A stretch of DNA of 64,000 bases. It comes from Atractiella rhizophila. Taxonomy: Eukaryota. The notes under the pieces are model-generated. The model made no database searches and was not told the DNA's origin. It saw only the letters and a list, made by a program, of their open reading frames with translations. Below are positions 1 through 13,914 of this stretch, in pieces (positions within the stretch are counted from its first letter, which is position 1; every line of letters begins with the position of its first letter). The translations under genes and the position numbers were made by a program. Location of the stretch: assembly GCA_021432655.1 (NCBI GenBank), contig MU271180.1, forward strand, positions 81,445 to 145,444. The letters are read 5' to 3'.

Positions 1-330
1 AGGAGCTGCCGTCTGTGCACCACCATCACTCAAGTGGATTCAAGGAGGGCGGTCAGATCCAGTTTCGTCTCAAGGCACATGAGGCTAACAGACCGCATTG
101 TTCAGTGAGATGTATCGGCGGTCTCGAATCGAACAATGGGAAAAGGAACGTGCCGATGGCAGCAACATCTTGGAACCGAACTGGAAAGAGGAGTACAAGC
201 GACTTTCTCAATCTGAAAAGCAGGTGAGGTATTGTTACTATCCCACAAACCTATTCGCTTACCAGTAACCGTTTCAGATGTGGAACAAACGATACAAAGA
301 CCTCAACGTATCACTTCATGATCATAGCAC
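1..330 (+). CDS. Possible 3' part of a multi-exon gene or gene relic entering from the window edge
   Basis: GT..AG-bounded segments join to give EMYRRSRIEQWEKERADGSNILEPNWKEEYKRLSQSEKQ|MWNKRYKDLN. No family recognised. Confidence 0.25.
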
Positions 331-732
331 GACTCCTGTCATTGCCCCCTCGACGACGGAGGGACAGTTATAATATGCTGCAAGACAGACTTGTATGGAA
401 AAGCGTAGAAGAGTTGGGAAGATGGGTTTCAGAGGTACCTGCAGGGGATCTGATGACGGAGGAGGTGCGCACAGCCAGGAAAGAGGGGGGAGAGGGTGCA
501 GGATAATACAGGGAAATGCAGCTATCCACAATCTATACATTTGATTTAATTCTATTATACATTCTCAATATGTTTTCTGCTTCGCGAGAATCCAGGAAAT
601 AATCAGCAACCCAGGCCATAATTTTCAGTGTTTCCTGCATATTCCAGCAGGACGGAAATTGTTGTAAAAAGGTCGGGAAATGTCGACAAACGACAGAAAG
701 GACTTTTGACAGGGCACCAGCTCTCGCTACCT

Positions 733-922
733 TGTAAGGATCTAAGGCTAGGAGTTGTTGGTGGTCAATAATGAGCAATTAGAGAAGTATAGAGAGACAT
801 ACCTAGGAGTAGTCGGTGGTCAATAATGAGCACCAACACTCCTAGGCAGAACTAAACTACATAGTGATGACTCATAAGAGTCATAAGAGGCAGATGACCA
901 AAACAACACACTACAACTAACA
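733..922 (-). mobile_element. Short LTR-like repeat, copy 1 (TG...CA ends, internal duplication)
   Basis: tgtaaggatctaaggctaggag...caactaaca is the reverse complement of 2296-2433, with an extra internal repeat of ctaggag...gtggtcaataatgagc. Confidence 0.65.
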
Positions 923-1779
923 TTATTGGGTGGTTATTTTGGATGGTTCTTGGATTTGGTGGGAGCTTCAAGAGGCAGCTGCCCAGGTGGGAGTGTTGGA
1001 TTAGGTGTTATATTTCATGGTGTTGTATTTGTGTGGTCAGCCACCTTTGCCATGTTTGCTCACTTCATAGTTTTTCTCCCTAGGGGGCAGTCTTGGTGGT
1101 TATCATCTTTGACCACCAACTCCTGTCCTCTAGGTATATGTTTCCTCATCAATCCTATCATCTTTGACCACCAATCTCTGTCCCCTAGCTCCATCCAGCA
1201 TCAGATTCTCTCACTTTTGTTGTAACCTTGACTAATTTCTATGTTTCCCCTGCAACAGCTTCTGCCTCTTTCTTTATATGTCCCCCTTTCAGTTTGTTAT
1301 GTTTGACACATTTCCTCTCATCCTAGTGGTGTATGTGCTCCCTCCCTTGCCTTGCTGCTTATTCTCACTAATTGTTACATAGTGTGTTGCTTGGCAGTTT
1401 CCGTGTCCTTGTCATGTCTTCTGCTCTTGCCACCTACCGTTACCATCACAAGGCAGCCACGGCAACAGCTGTGCTCACTGTCTTGTTCGTGCTAAGCGAA
1501 TCGCCTCCATCCTCGCACCACATCACATCAACCGCCTGGGCCAAAACACATGGACGAATCTGTCAAGGTCATATCCATCATGGTATGGGCTTGGGTTGAA
1601 ATGCTTCTGGTCATAGATGGATAAGGCTGCAGCACTTCATTTGGATAAAATTTGATTATGTAGCATTTGACCCACAATTCAAAAGATAATGGATGATGAA
1701 ATATTTCAAGTTAGGCTTGGAGACAACCATTGTATAAGGGATGGCTATGATTGCAGGATGATGCTGAAAAAGGGGGTGG

Positions 1780-2290
1780 TCTAGCTAGGTGAGTATTCTT
1801 CCATTGATGATGGCATCCATGCTCCTCTCCTATGTTCAACTGTTGCTGTAAAGCAGATACTTCTGGCCTTAAGGAATCGTACTCTGCTCCTAATGATGGT
1901 CACAGTCATAACCTTCGAAGATAGTAGTAAGCTTACAAACTGATAGCAGATCGATACAGAGCTTGGGAACGTGTAGGACATTGTGAATGGTGACATTCTT
2001 TAACTTTCCATCCTTCAATTTTGCCTCAATTACCGCCTCTCCAATTGCAGTTGACCAGATTACTTTTCGATTAGCAACTCTGACAGGTACAACATGTTTT
2101 CAATAGGATTTGAAGTGCTGGTGCGGAGTCATTGATAAAGTTGCTCCTGTATTGATAAGCCAGTCAGTCCCAGCGTTCTGGCATTCTGGCAACTAATGGC
2201 ATCATCTTCTGCATAACTGGTGTCTCCAGCGAATTCTGACCTTTGACTTTGGCTTCCTTCACCTCTTCCTGCTTGCCATACCTCAATGTC
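1780..2290 (-). mobile_element. Degenerate Ty1/copia gag-pol fragment (protease/beta-barrel region)
   Basis: Minus strand reads DWLINTGATLSMTPH...VPVRVANRKVI...VTIHNVLHVPKLCIDLLSV, matching copia WxxDSGATxHMT and VLHVPxLxxNLLSV motifs. In-frame stops present. Confidence 0.8.
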
Positions 2291-2295
2291 TACTT

Positions 2296-2433
2296 TGTTA
2301 GTTGTACTGTTTTATTTTGGTCATCTGCCTCTTATGACTCTTATGAGTTATCGCTTGCCTGTAGTTTAGTTCTGCCTAGGAGTGTTGGTGCTCATTATTG
2401 ACCACCAACTACTCCTAGCCTTAGATCCTTACA
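2296..2433 (+). mobile_element. Short LTR-like repeat, copy 2 (inverted relative to 733-922)
   Basis: tgttagttgtac...ccttagatccttaca, with TG...CA termini. Confidence 0.65.
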
Positions 2434-3300
2434 GCTATGCCCCATAATTCTGAATCCAGATTCTCAGTATGGCTGGACAGGGTGATCTGGTTGGCTGGGC
2501 AATTGGAAGAAATTGAGGCTCCATCTGGATTTAGAAAGAGATGACCGAGTCTCATTATGTCTGCATCCAGTTGCAGTGCAACTGAACTTAGCTATCGTCA
2601 CCTGAAATTAGACGATTTACACCTGTCTGTCCCAGCTATCCTCTCTATCCAAAAGCACTTACCAACCTGCCCTTAGCTGCCCACCCATCTATGTCTAGTC
2701 ATATCAAGCTACAAGTGTCCAACCAGACAGCTGCATGCATTTGTATTGTGCTTCTGCATTGAGCTGGGGACACATTGTATTAGCCTGCATGCGGCTGCCC
2801 TTTACCTGTAGACAAGAAGCTTCTTCTTTTCCTCCTGTTCACATTTTCTGGGCCTGTAGCCATTTGAGCTTTATGTAATCTATATAACCTTCCTTGAAAC
2901 TCTATCAATTGTAGTTCCACACAACAACATTGTGAAAAGGGTCGGGAGATTCCACAGGCTTGAGCTGTTGGGAGGGATCAATTAAGTATGGAGAGGAGGT
3001 GGATGGTATCAGCTGGGTCCTTGAAGAACAAGGCACCCAGGGCCCTGCTGATCAGTGTGGGAGGAGTGGCTGACTGTGGAACAATCCTAACATGGTCTTA
3101 TCTGCAGTGGACAAACTTGGAAGTTTTTGAAAAAGCAAAGTCCTGATGTTGTTCAATGTTTGTTGCAAAGGGACAGTAAAAAGTATAAAATCCATAATTT
3201 TTGGTGTTTCTTGCATATTCTAGCACTGGAAATGTTATATAAAAAGGTTGGGAAATGTCGACAAACAACGGAAAGGAGTTTGACAGGATGGTTGATGCCC
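2434..3300. repeat. Diverged copy of the repeat family of the 51058-52373 TIR element; its 3190-3290 part also matches ~610-715
   Basis: Shared blocks such as atggctggacagg, cagacagctgcatgcatttg and cctttacct...gtagccatttg with 51087-51870; gggaaatgtcgacaaac at both ~675 and ~3250. Confidence 0.75.
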
Positions 3301-4018
3301 ATACACTTAAAGAGCCAAAACATCCAGGTTCACAGTAGCAGAATATTCAAATATTCATGAGCAATGTTTAAGTCTATGACAGCTGAAACATTCAGCCATA
3401 GGATAACTGAATTAGATAATTTAGTGTGCAACCTAAATATTCAACAAAGCAGATGGGGAATTCCGAATAGTAAAATCCAGCTTTCCAAGCTGACCTTCAG
3501 AATATAAGCGCTGAAGAAGTGATTCTTGCTCCATCCCCATAAAGTCCGCTCGGGGTGGGTACACAATACAGAGCAGAAGAATGGTGTAAGGAACACAACG
3601 GGAACGGGAACAATACCTCCGGTCTAAATTTCGAAGCTGCGGGCAAAGCTGTCGCAATGCTACAACATAATTTAACTCTTGAGCAGCAAACAGCTCATTT
3701 CCTCTGGTGCGAACAGTCGTTAGTTTCTCTTTGAACTTCATAACTGGGAGTCAAGGTGCTGTTGAATTCTGATAGAGCCATGGGGCAGAACAATTTTGGA
3801 TGATGGCAGATCATCTGGTATGGACAGGCAGGTGGCAAACGCCAGACCTGTAGCGATAGATCGCAATCCGCATGGCACTACCAGAAGTACGAGATAGATC
3901 TGCCTCTGCAAGTGGGTGGTAGCCTGACATGTTCTACTCCTACCCTGAGGTTTCGCGGTCCTGCATTTCGCCCGATGCGATTACCTGGGACGTATCTTGA
4001 CATCGAGCCTGCAGAACT

Positions 4019-5049
4019 TCAAATGATGCTTTCCAGCTCCTTGGCGTACTCTAACGCGTGAATCCCTACCTTGTCCTTCTCTTCTTCTCTGTCCCTCTCC
4101 TCTTCACCATCCCCCGCAAATGCAATTAAGCCGGTAGATGGATCGATTTCCCAATCATTCTATCCCCAATCAGGCACACATCACAGACCTGGAGGACAAG
4201 GACGAACCCGACGGCTGAACTCCATCGCTTCCCCTTTCTCTTTGGCGGAGAAGAATAGGAGAGTAGAAGCTGAATTGAGTGACAGTGTTTTCGATGCATA
4301 TGCACGAGAAGCGCAAGAAGCGATTTCAGTCCTTTGTGCCCAACATCAGTTAGCAGACGAATGGCAGCAAAGGGAAGTGACGGACCTCATCCCTTCTATC
4401 AGTTGTGCAGATAGCCATGCAAAGTCATTAGCGTTAGCGTAGCCGCTTTCTCCAGGTGAACACGTTGGCAAGCCAGTCTTCGCCTTAGCATTTGTGTTGC
4501 GTAAAAATCCATCCTGGGTAGTAGAAAAGAAACAGACATACCTGCTGGTACGCTTTAGCAAACGCTCCGGCGCCCAACTGTTGCTCCAGGTCCACGACCC
4601 ATCTGATATACTTGTTCTCCATCATTTCGGAAGGTAGTGTCTCTAGGGTCGTGTGGAATTGGGAGATGCGGTTTTGTGAAAGGAGGAGGAGGAGGGACAG
4701 TGAAATGAGGGGTCCCTGTGAAGCTGACGGCGCGAGTTCCCTGAAATCACCAGTTAGCTCTCACAAAACAACGAACCATGAGAGAGACCAACGAAAATGA
4801 AGCACTATAAAACGGGGAGAGCTGTGATAAGGCGCGAGAGAACAGGGTAATGGATCTAGACCGCAGAGAGTAGAAAGCTGAAATCTCTAATACATCCCTC
4901 GCTGCTTCCTTGTTTTCTCCGTTCCCGTCCAAAGACCCAGCTGTCGCAAGCTGCAGTTTCAAGTTGGCAATCAGCTCTCCCGTTTTCGGATCTCCTTTCT
5001 TGAACGCGTTTGCCAGATTATATCTTAGGGTCTTGATGGAGGAGGCCAT
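4019..5049 (-). CDS. RPN12: 26S proteasome lid subunit Rpn12 (multi-exon)
   Basis: MASSIKTLR...ARDVLEISAFYSL, NKYIRWVVDLEQQL, EIASCASRAY...TLLFF and C-terminal ALEYAKELESII*, typical of Rpn12/PSMD8. Confidence 0.85.
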
Positions 5050-5289
5050 GGCTCCGTGAAAGGTCGAGTGAAAGAAGCACGTATGAGCGTGGTCTGCTGG
5101 TTTACTGCAACTGCAAATACGAACGGTGACGCGTTCTGCGTTGGTGGCTGTCGTGACAGTACGTACACTCCAGAACAGACACGGTCGCAGAGTTAAAACG
5201 ACCATCTCATCAAACAAACATCTCTCCCTGCGCCCTGACACCTTTTCCCCAACAAAGCCCTAGCCTACACTTCAACACGATCGCCAGAA

Positions 5290-7986
5290 ATGGCGGCAAC
5301 TTCCTCACCATTCGACGTACTCACCCCAACCATGACTTCCCTCTCAATATCGTCCTCCATCCAACTCGTCCCAACCACGCCTAGAACTTCATCTGGCTCA
5401 TCCTCCGGCCACGAAGTCCAACGTGTGATCTTGCAAAGGAGACCTACTTCTGCCGCCGCTTCTTTCCCCAGTCCTTCTGAAAATGGGAAAGACGAAGCAG
5501 AAGCAGATCGGAGTCAGGACCACATGTCCTCTCAGCAAACCCAAGGGCAAGGTGCCACTCATGCGCCAGAAAATGCGGGACTGGACGAGACAATCGTTAG
5601 GGCTCTGGAAGTACAAAAAGACAGGATATTCCTCTCAAAAGTGGACGCAGAGCTAGAACGGTTTACTCTGGATGCAAGGTACTTTCAACTCCCTTTTCTG
5701 GATTGTCTTGTGTTCACGGAATATAACGCAGTCAAAGTCGACTCCCTATTGCCCCTCCCCACTTCGGTGGTAGTTTGAATGCTTACCAACGTCTCCTCCT
5801 CCATCGTCTCGCTGATTCTTACGGCATCAAAAGGGAGAAAGATTCGCTAGAGGCTCGCCTCGACGGAAGCGTTACGGGTCCCGTAAACGAGAAGAATTCA
5901 TACCTCGTGCTTATCAAAACTGAACAGACGGCAATGTACGTTCTGCTTTCACTTCGCCCAGCTGAAACAGTAGGGACTGGGTTGATTGTTTTGTGTAGCC
6001 CCGCCTTCCGAATATCTGCACTGATATCCATGTTGGAGAAGGAAGAATCAACTAGATTGACTGAATCCCCTTTCTCCACGTCTCTTGCTATTACCGATCA
6101 GGCTCCCACCTTCAAAATCATGTCACGTCAATCTGCTCAGCAGTCCCCGTCTGCATCCGCTCCGCAAAGTATGTACAATGGAGAGGGCTCTGAGCGATCC
6201 AGCTCGGCTGGAAAACCGCGACCCGCCTTGACGCTTGAAGAGCGGGAAGCAGCGTATAGGGAAGCGAGGAATAGGATTTTCAAGGATTCCGACTCTTTGA
6301 CGGCTTCGCTGGCTGCCGAAGTAGAACGCCCCAGCAGCAGGACAAGCAGCAGTGATAAGAGCAGGACAAGCGGTGGGAGCGGGAGTGTTCTGGAGGGCTC
6401 CAGTACTACGAGCGTCAACAGCTCTATGACGACGACAAGAAGTGCCAGTGGCTCTCCTACAACGTCGACGTCCAGCGTGAAGACGGGGAATGTACCTGGG
6501 ATGGAGAAGTACTTCAAAACCCCGCCAGCTATTCCGACCCCATTATATCAACAACCAACTCTGCGGGCAGGAGCACCGGTCTTTGATCCTAGTCTCCAAT
6601 ACGGGTCAAGCTCTTTTTATCACCATATGCCATATGCGGCTCAGCAGCAGCAGCCGATTTATCCGCCTCCTCACATTCCTCCACAGGTGCAAGGTGTTGC
6701 TCCTCTGCGACACTACAACCACCATACTGCGCCGCAGGAATACAATCAGCACGCTCCACCACAGGGCTACAACCGTGACGTATCGCCTCCTCATTACCCC
6801 CCAGTGCCACCTCCACATCCATCGTCAAGCTCTCCTCAAGCTCCCAACCTATATGGGCCCTACTATATGGATTCGACGACTGGACAGATGATACCGTTTG
6901 CGCCACAGACATTTCCTCCTCAACACCAACCGTCGCAACAGCAACCACAGCATATGCCGATTCAGCGTACGGCTCAGGTTGTCCCTGCTCCGGCATTGCA
7001 ATGGGAACATCGACCTTACGCTCAAGCTGTTCTGTACGATGGGGGATCTCGTCAAGAGTCAGAAAGACCTCAGCCACCACAAATGATCTCCCCTCACCCA
7101 ATTTACCCACATTCTCAGCCTCTACATGGGAAACAGAACGAGCTACAGCCTACTCCAGCAGCAACGTCCTCTTTCCAATCTCCCGCTCTGTCCCCGGTGT
7201 CCACTCTGTCTAATCATAACCAGGCATTTGCATCACATGCCCCGAGTTCAGGTTTGCCGTTGCGATTTTCTGGACCTCCTGTGGCGACATCAATAATGAA
7301 CGGCCCACCGGACAATCATCTGCCTTATACGCACAGACCTGCTAGCTCAGCTTCAGTGTCTTCGTCGTCCACCTCTCGGACGGCGTCCTCATCTAATCGC
7401 CCAGGGGGTTCTTCTATTTCAGGATCTAGTAGTTCGGTGTCGATAAGCGGTCTTGAGCTTTTGCCAATGAGGGCCACCTCTAAATACCCCCGTAAAAAGG
7501 TGAAGCCAATGAAGGAAGAGAAGACCAACAGTTCTGCGACTCAAAATGGAGGAGCGGACGAAAAGGAAACTAGTCTCATAACAAATCCACCATTCCTCCC
7601 TGCCAAACCAACGTATGTCCTTCCTGACGATGGTACTGGTGCTGACTAACTGACTGATTTGACTTAGTTGGGTGGAGCAGGAGCCGAGCCTTCCCCCCAA
7701 GAAGGAAAGCAAACGACGGATGCCAGGCAATCTGCCTCCTCTGGCTTCGAATGGCAGGCAGCCCCATTCTGAACCCAACATCCTATATCAGCCCTTTGGT
7801 CCCCAACCACACAATCATGCACCCAACGCTGTAGGCATGCCCATGCCAAACTTTGCACCTCCGTTACCGATGTATTACAACACGTTTCAACAACAACAAC
7901 AGGTCCAGTTAGGTTGCGAAGTAGACAATCCGCCGCGGCGCTCTGAGAGCGGAAGAAAACTTTGGGAACCAAGGCAGATGTCGTAG
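5290..7986 (+). CDS. R3H + SUZ domain RNA-binding protein with P/Q-rich low-complexity tail
   Basis: R3H motif NAYQRLLLHRLADSYGI; SUZ motif LTLEEREAAYREARNRIF; short introns link the ORFs. Confidence 0.8.
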
Positions 7987-8161
7987 CCGGAAGTCTCTCT
8001 AATAGTGTATTCTTTTCCAGCCTCGTTGCAGATGGGTCATATAAGTGCCGTTCGATTATCGAGTTTAGTTAGAAGGGGTCAGTAATTGATCTGCAGCGTG
8101 ATGTTGTATATCTTGCATTACATACATTACTGTTTACAGACTTATGCACATTTCTCAGTTT

Positions 8162-9428
8162 CTATGAAAAGTAACCTTGCTGAACTGCAATTTCGGCCTA
8201 GCGTGTTTGCTCAGCCGCATGATCTGTGAGAAAATTGAAGCAAAGCTTACGTTGATGATTGAGCTTGTTGCCGCACCAATGGCTACATTGTTGGCGAGCA
8301 CCACAAACTTGATGTCAAAGACATTACACCTCCTAATTCTGCCGACGCTGACACCTGCTCCTCGCTGGAAATTTCTGTCTAACCTAGGTTGAGGGCGATC
8401 AGGTTCGTCTTCTCCATGCACAAAAATCGCTTGCTCCGGAAGCGATGGTGGCCTACTCTTCGTGCGGTGAGCCGGAGAAGACCATTTTCCCAATGCCGTG
8501 CCAACTTGTTCAGGAGATGGAGGCGGTCGTCTTAAAAACTCGACAGATACACAAAGAGTGTGCCCTTCAAGCACAGGCACCCGATTGCATGATGCAGAAA
8601 CACGTATTTCGGGGGAATCGCCATCCCCACGCAGGAGAGTTGAGCCTTGAGATGAGAGGGAACCCAGTATCTTCCGAGTCTCCCATTCCATCTTTTCCTC
8701 CTCACCTTCGATGTAAGGTACAACGTTATCGTGTATATCCAAGCTGGGAACTCCAGGATAACCTGCCCCGCTAATCGCCTGGAGAGTAGTAACTGCCACT
8801 CGAGATATCGGACCAAAGCTCTCTTCGAGGGCCGCAAGTGGAATAACAAGACCAGTCGTGGAACAGTTGGCATTGGTGAGAATACAGCCTTTCGAGAGTC
8901 CGAGAGCAGACTTTTGCGCGCGTAACAGTGAAAGATGTGAAGGATTAACGAGAGGCACCATCAGAGGAACTAGAGGATCCCGACGATAGTTCTTCGAGTT
9001 TGAAAAGACCATGATATTGCTGTCCCGAAATGATCCCTCTTGGGAGTCAGCAGATTAGTTTCGCAATCAATCATGGCACGAGACGACCTACCAATTTCCC
9101 CCGCTACGGAACTGTCTAAACCTGAAAAAACTAAGTCGCAACCTTTGAAGTTGTCAGGTGTGCATTCTACCAGCACAATTTTTTGCACGCTCTCTGGTAT
9201 GGCATCAGACTGTTTCCACTTGACCGCTGCCTTATATTGTTGATTTGCGGATCTTGGTGACGCTCCAAGAGTAGTCAAGCTGAAGAATGGGTGGTCCGCG
9301 AGGAGGAGTATGAATTTTTGACCTACAGTGCCTGTTCGTGCAGTTAGTTCAGGTCCCAGAGCGAGGTACGAAATGGCCCCACCTGTGGCCCCTAGAACCC
9401 CAACTGTGTATGTGCGACGCTCCATCAT
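8162..9428 (-). CDS. HOM2: Aspartate-semialdehyde dehydrogenase
   Basis: VGVLGATG|TVGQKFI, NANCSTTGL, LQAISGAGYPGV, CNRVPVLEGH, PQPRLDR. Confidence 0.95.
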
Positions 9429-10616
9429 AGTGGTGGTGTGGATGGAGAAAACAGCTGGATTGGACCTGACTCCGATCACATTTAGAGGGAATGTACAACC
9501 CCCTCAGGTTCGCACAATGAGTTAGCGAGGTGACATCTTAATACAAGTTTGAGATTGGAGTGTGGGATTGGAAGTTGCGATGAGTGTTATTGCCGTGCTA
9601 GCAATGACCTCTCATGTTCGAGCTTCCTATTTATGTAAAGGAATGAAATCCTTGTACTTGCAGCAATATTGTAACAATGTTCAGTGGCCAGGCATTGGCA
9701 TAAGCAAATCGCAGTCCTGATATTCGTTTGCCTTTCACGAATAAGAACTGTAAATTAACGCTAGGAATGACAACATAACCACTTCCCCTTGTTGTCGACC
9801 GTCATACTACTGGTTAAAAATTGTGGCGAGCAACAAGCTCCGCCTTTACGCGATGAGTATTTCGACTCCGGCTTTTTTTGCATTAAACTGTCAAGAAGAG
9901 GATGTAAACAGATAAACGTTTTATAGCTATTTCTTGGATTTTGCATAATTTTCCTATATAAGCTCTTTAAGTAGTTACCCACTGTCGAAGGACACAGGTA
10001 GACGAGCGTTGTCGTCGCATCGTCTACAGCCTTCCCTTTACTCCCGTTACTCAGCGAATGAAAAAAACAACAACAATAAATCAAACGGCTCCTTGTTGCC
10101 CCTTTCTGATTCTACGTTGAAAATATTAGATTCAGTCGCGAAGCCCTACTGCTGGATCACGCCTTCGGGACGACGAGGGCACTCCGACACTTCTAGTACA
10201 ATCAATCAATAGTCTTTTCACACAAAGCTTCTTCGCGAGCCATCTGCTTGCTCAAGTGATTAATAACCTTGAGTCTTCGAGAACCTAGATTTTTTGTTTG
10301 TTGTTTCTTCTCTACTAGCAGTTATCGATGCTTTCTATTCAGTATGCACCACATTCCTGGGTGAAATTTCTTGTCCGCTCCTCCCCCTGTCTAGCTTCGG
10401 TTTCTGTATGCATGTCAACCAACCCTTGGGGATTGTGCGAATTGGAGTTGATCCACACGATTGTCGAGCAAATATGTCCTTAGCAAGAGCAGGGGAATCG
10501 GATATTCTTTTCCTTCTACAGTTATACAACATAATAAGGAGAAATAGTATTTGTCTTTTACGCCGTTACTCGAATGCAACGTGGCAAGTGGAGGAGACGA
10601 GAGTAGGAGAGAGAGA

Positions 10617-13600
10617 TCAAGACTTAAGGATTACTCGTTTCCGTTTCTTGGAATTGTCCTGGAGTTTCTCCAACGCTTGCTCTTCTGTCAACATCCCACC
10701 CATCTCCTCAAAGAAGTCTACGGTCTTCGCAGCGAGGAGTTGGCGTTGCATGAATCGGAGAGCGGCTAGATTATGTCCTACACGTTCCCGTTCTCCAGAG
10801 ATCGCAGATTGGACATTATCACGGAGAGACAGCAACGTGGGACGCATGCTTCGAGCATTTGCGAGCTGGTTGTAATGAACGCGTAAAATAAACTGGGTTA
10901 TACGAGCTACGAGAGGGATGTCCCATTGCTGCACCAACATGAGAATGATAAATTTATCAGAAACAGGACCTACCCTTTTCGCCCAATAATTCAGATTATC
11001 GATCAGAATAATGACCTTGTCAAATGGGAGGGTCAAAAGAGCATCATAAAGACCACCTTGGTTGATGCTTCGCATAACGTTGAGTACATACTCTTCTGGT
11101 CCGCAATTGTCGAAAGACGCGAAAATCGGGTGTCTTGCTTCCCTGTGCTTACTCTCCCCCACATTCGTAGCAGCCTCCCAAGCATTTTGATCGCTCCTAT
11201 CCTTCGCAGCAACTTCAAGAGCTTCCATGATCCGTTCGCCAGCCGTCAACGTCTCAGCCGTCGCCTTTTGTACCTCGCCACTTTCGACCTCTGGTACAAC
11301 TTCATCATCATCCTGGAGAGAGGTCTGGAGACGAGAGCTGTCCCGTTGTTTCGCGGCGAGATCTGCGTTCGCATACAGCTTCTCCAGCTCCGTTTCCCGC
11401 TCTTCTTCAAGGAATAACTACAAAGCAACTTAGCATATGCCAGAACCGCGAAGCCGCGGCGTACCGGGTCATACAAACGCTCCCATACTCGTATACTCCT
11501 GTCCTGCGAAGCAGTGAGGACGAAATGGCCCTGTCGACTAACTGCGAGCGAAGTGACGTCCCCATTGTGCCCATGGAGAGTCTGGATATTTTCAAACTGT
11601 GCACACTAACTCATCAGATACTGAGATTGGGATTGCAGTTCGGCAGACCTTGTCGCCGTCCCACTGTTTTAACAATTTGTCCCGTCCCACACTCCAAAAC
11701 AAATGGGAATTTGTTTCAAATCTAACACAGTTAATGACATCGTCATGTGCGAAGAGGGAACGATGACAATCCCCAAAGTCGAGACCCCATATCTTGATGT
11801 TCTTGTCACTTGAGCATGAGATCAACAGTTTTGAATCGAAAGAAATATCCATGGCGAGAACGGGTAGCTGATATGTAGGAGTCAGCAAAGCGACGGGTGA
11901 CTTGGAATTGAAGCCACCTTATGCCCGTAAAGTGAAAGGAAAAACTTCATGGTATCCATGAAGAAAATCTTAATTGTGGAATCGAGGAGGGAAACAGCGA
12001 ACAATCGCCCATCGGGTGAAAGCTTGATACTGAGGATTTCATCTTGCATCTTCATCGTCCTGGTATGATTTATGACCAAACCCCCGTTCTACGTCGAGAA
12101 GTGATTAACATCCCATACGCTCAAATCAGGTGTTACATCTGATGACACAGGAAGGACAAAAGCGAACCTCATCCTTGCCAAACTCCCAAAATCGCACCTC
12201 GCCATCCTTCCCGCCCGTGACAAAACCGCGTCCATCCGGCCGCATGTCGACTCCCCAGATCGCACCTTTATGAGCTTCTTCTACGCGGTGAACCAACAAA
12301 GAGTTTCGAATGTCATATAGTTCCAGTGAACCCGTCTTTGTACCCACCAAGAACTATGGTCATGTGCTTGTCAGTCTCAATTGAAGAACTGGCAAGAGTG
12401 AGGAACAAACGTGTCCATCTCCTTTGCACCAGGCGCCAACTATGCCTTGGCCCGCTTCTATAGTTCGAATCGATCTGGTCGTCTTAATATTCCACACTTT
12501 CAGCGATCCCTGACTGACGGAAGCTAACATCTCGTCGTCACTGGAAACTGCAAGGCATTTCACATCTGTTCGATGTCCCGGCAGAGCGAGGGAGTAGAGG
12601 AGCGCGTCAGGAGATTCGCCATTCGGCAATTTAGGAGGGGGATAAGGAAGCGTATAGGTCTCGAGAGAGTTGGAGGCGAGCGACAGAAGGAGGTGTATGT
12701 GGCTCGTTGATCCTGACGATTCTGAAGAGAATGTGAATGACTTGATTTTCCCTCCGCCTGACGCTCTGACAGTAGTCCAAAGTGTTATGCGATCCGTCCA
12801 CATCACCTTTTCCTCCTCTTCATCCTCTTCCTCTTCAGCTTCTCCTCCTTTTCTCTTCTTCCCTGCCTTTTCCTTCTCTCTCTTCTTCCTTCTCTTTTTC
12901 TTCCGCATCACCTCCTCCTCCGTCCTCACTCTCCAAATCTCGACTGCTTTATCTCCAGCGGTCAAAACTCCCAGAATTGGGAACCGAGGATGACCCTCAA
13001 TCCTGCTTATTCTCGTATTGCTGGTACTGGGTAGCGACTGTAACAGATTGATCGCCTTCTTGAATTTTCCATCATCTGCCTGTGACAGGCCCGCCTCGAG
13101 GACGCCTCATCAACAGACCACAACATGCGTTCTCCCTCTATGCCACCGGAAAGAATGTATGTTGACCCGGAAACGGAGAATGGCGTGAAAGAGAGGAGTT
13201 CGGATCGATGAGAGATTGTTGTTTCAACACAGTGTTTAGTCGGCAGGTGATAAAGTTTGAGAAAGGTGTCGCGAGACGAAGATAGAAGGTGAGTCTGATC
13301 TTTTGAATCCAGGGGGAGAAAAGCTAGAGCAGTGATGAGCAGACGGTGGGAGTGTACCCTGGTGAATACCTCTTAGCACAAGTTAACAAGAAATGGTGCG
13401 AAAAAACCGACCTAAACATGCCAATCCCTTCCAGAGTGTCCCAAATCACGATCTCGCCCTCTCCGCCCCCAGAGGCGAGTCTCACCCCATCCGCATCCCA
13501 TGCCAGCGCACTGACAGCCTTGCCATGTCCATTGAGCGTCATTTTAACAGGTGGGTGCATCTCTCCTCCCACCTTCCATTCAAATATCCTGATACTCCCA

Positions 13601-13914
13601 TCGGCGTACCCAATTGCAAAAACGTGCTCCTTTTGGACGGTCAGTGCTGGAGACACAGCGATAGCTGTGACGGGAAAGATGTGTGATTGAGCGTGAAACA
13701 TTGACTCCTATTCGCCATCTAATCCATCAACATTCAAGGAACAAGAGGTGATTCGGATACATACGAGTTCACCAGTCTTGAGGTTCCACACCAACACATC
13801 CTCGTTCCCACCCACAAATCCATGCTTCCCAATGTGAACGCATGTGGATGAGGAGGTGGTAGCAATCACTCCAAAAGATTCTGTTGGTCCGTACCTCTCA
13901 TAAGAACGAACCAT
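10617..13914 (-). CDS. DIP2: U3 snoRNP WD40 protein Dip2/Utp12
   Basis: MVRSYERYGPTESFGVI, many WD repeats, FFLSLYGHK|LPVLAMDIS, SSDKNIKIWGLDFGDCHRSLFAH, C-terminal Utp12-type region. Confidence 0.92.

Noticed and set aside
9500..10600. 1.1-kb gap between HOM2 and DIP2 with short ORFs
   Set aside because: No recognisable motif, coherent exon chain or RNA signature.
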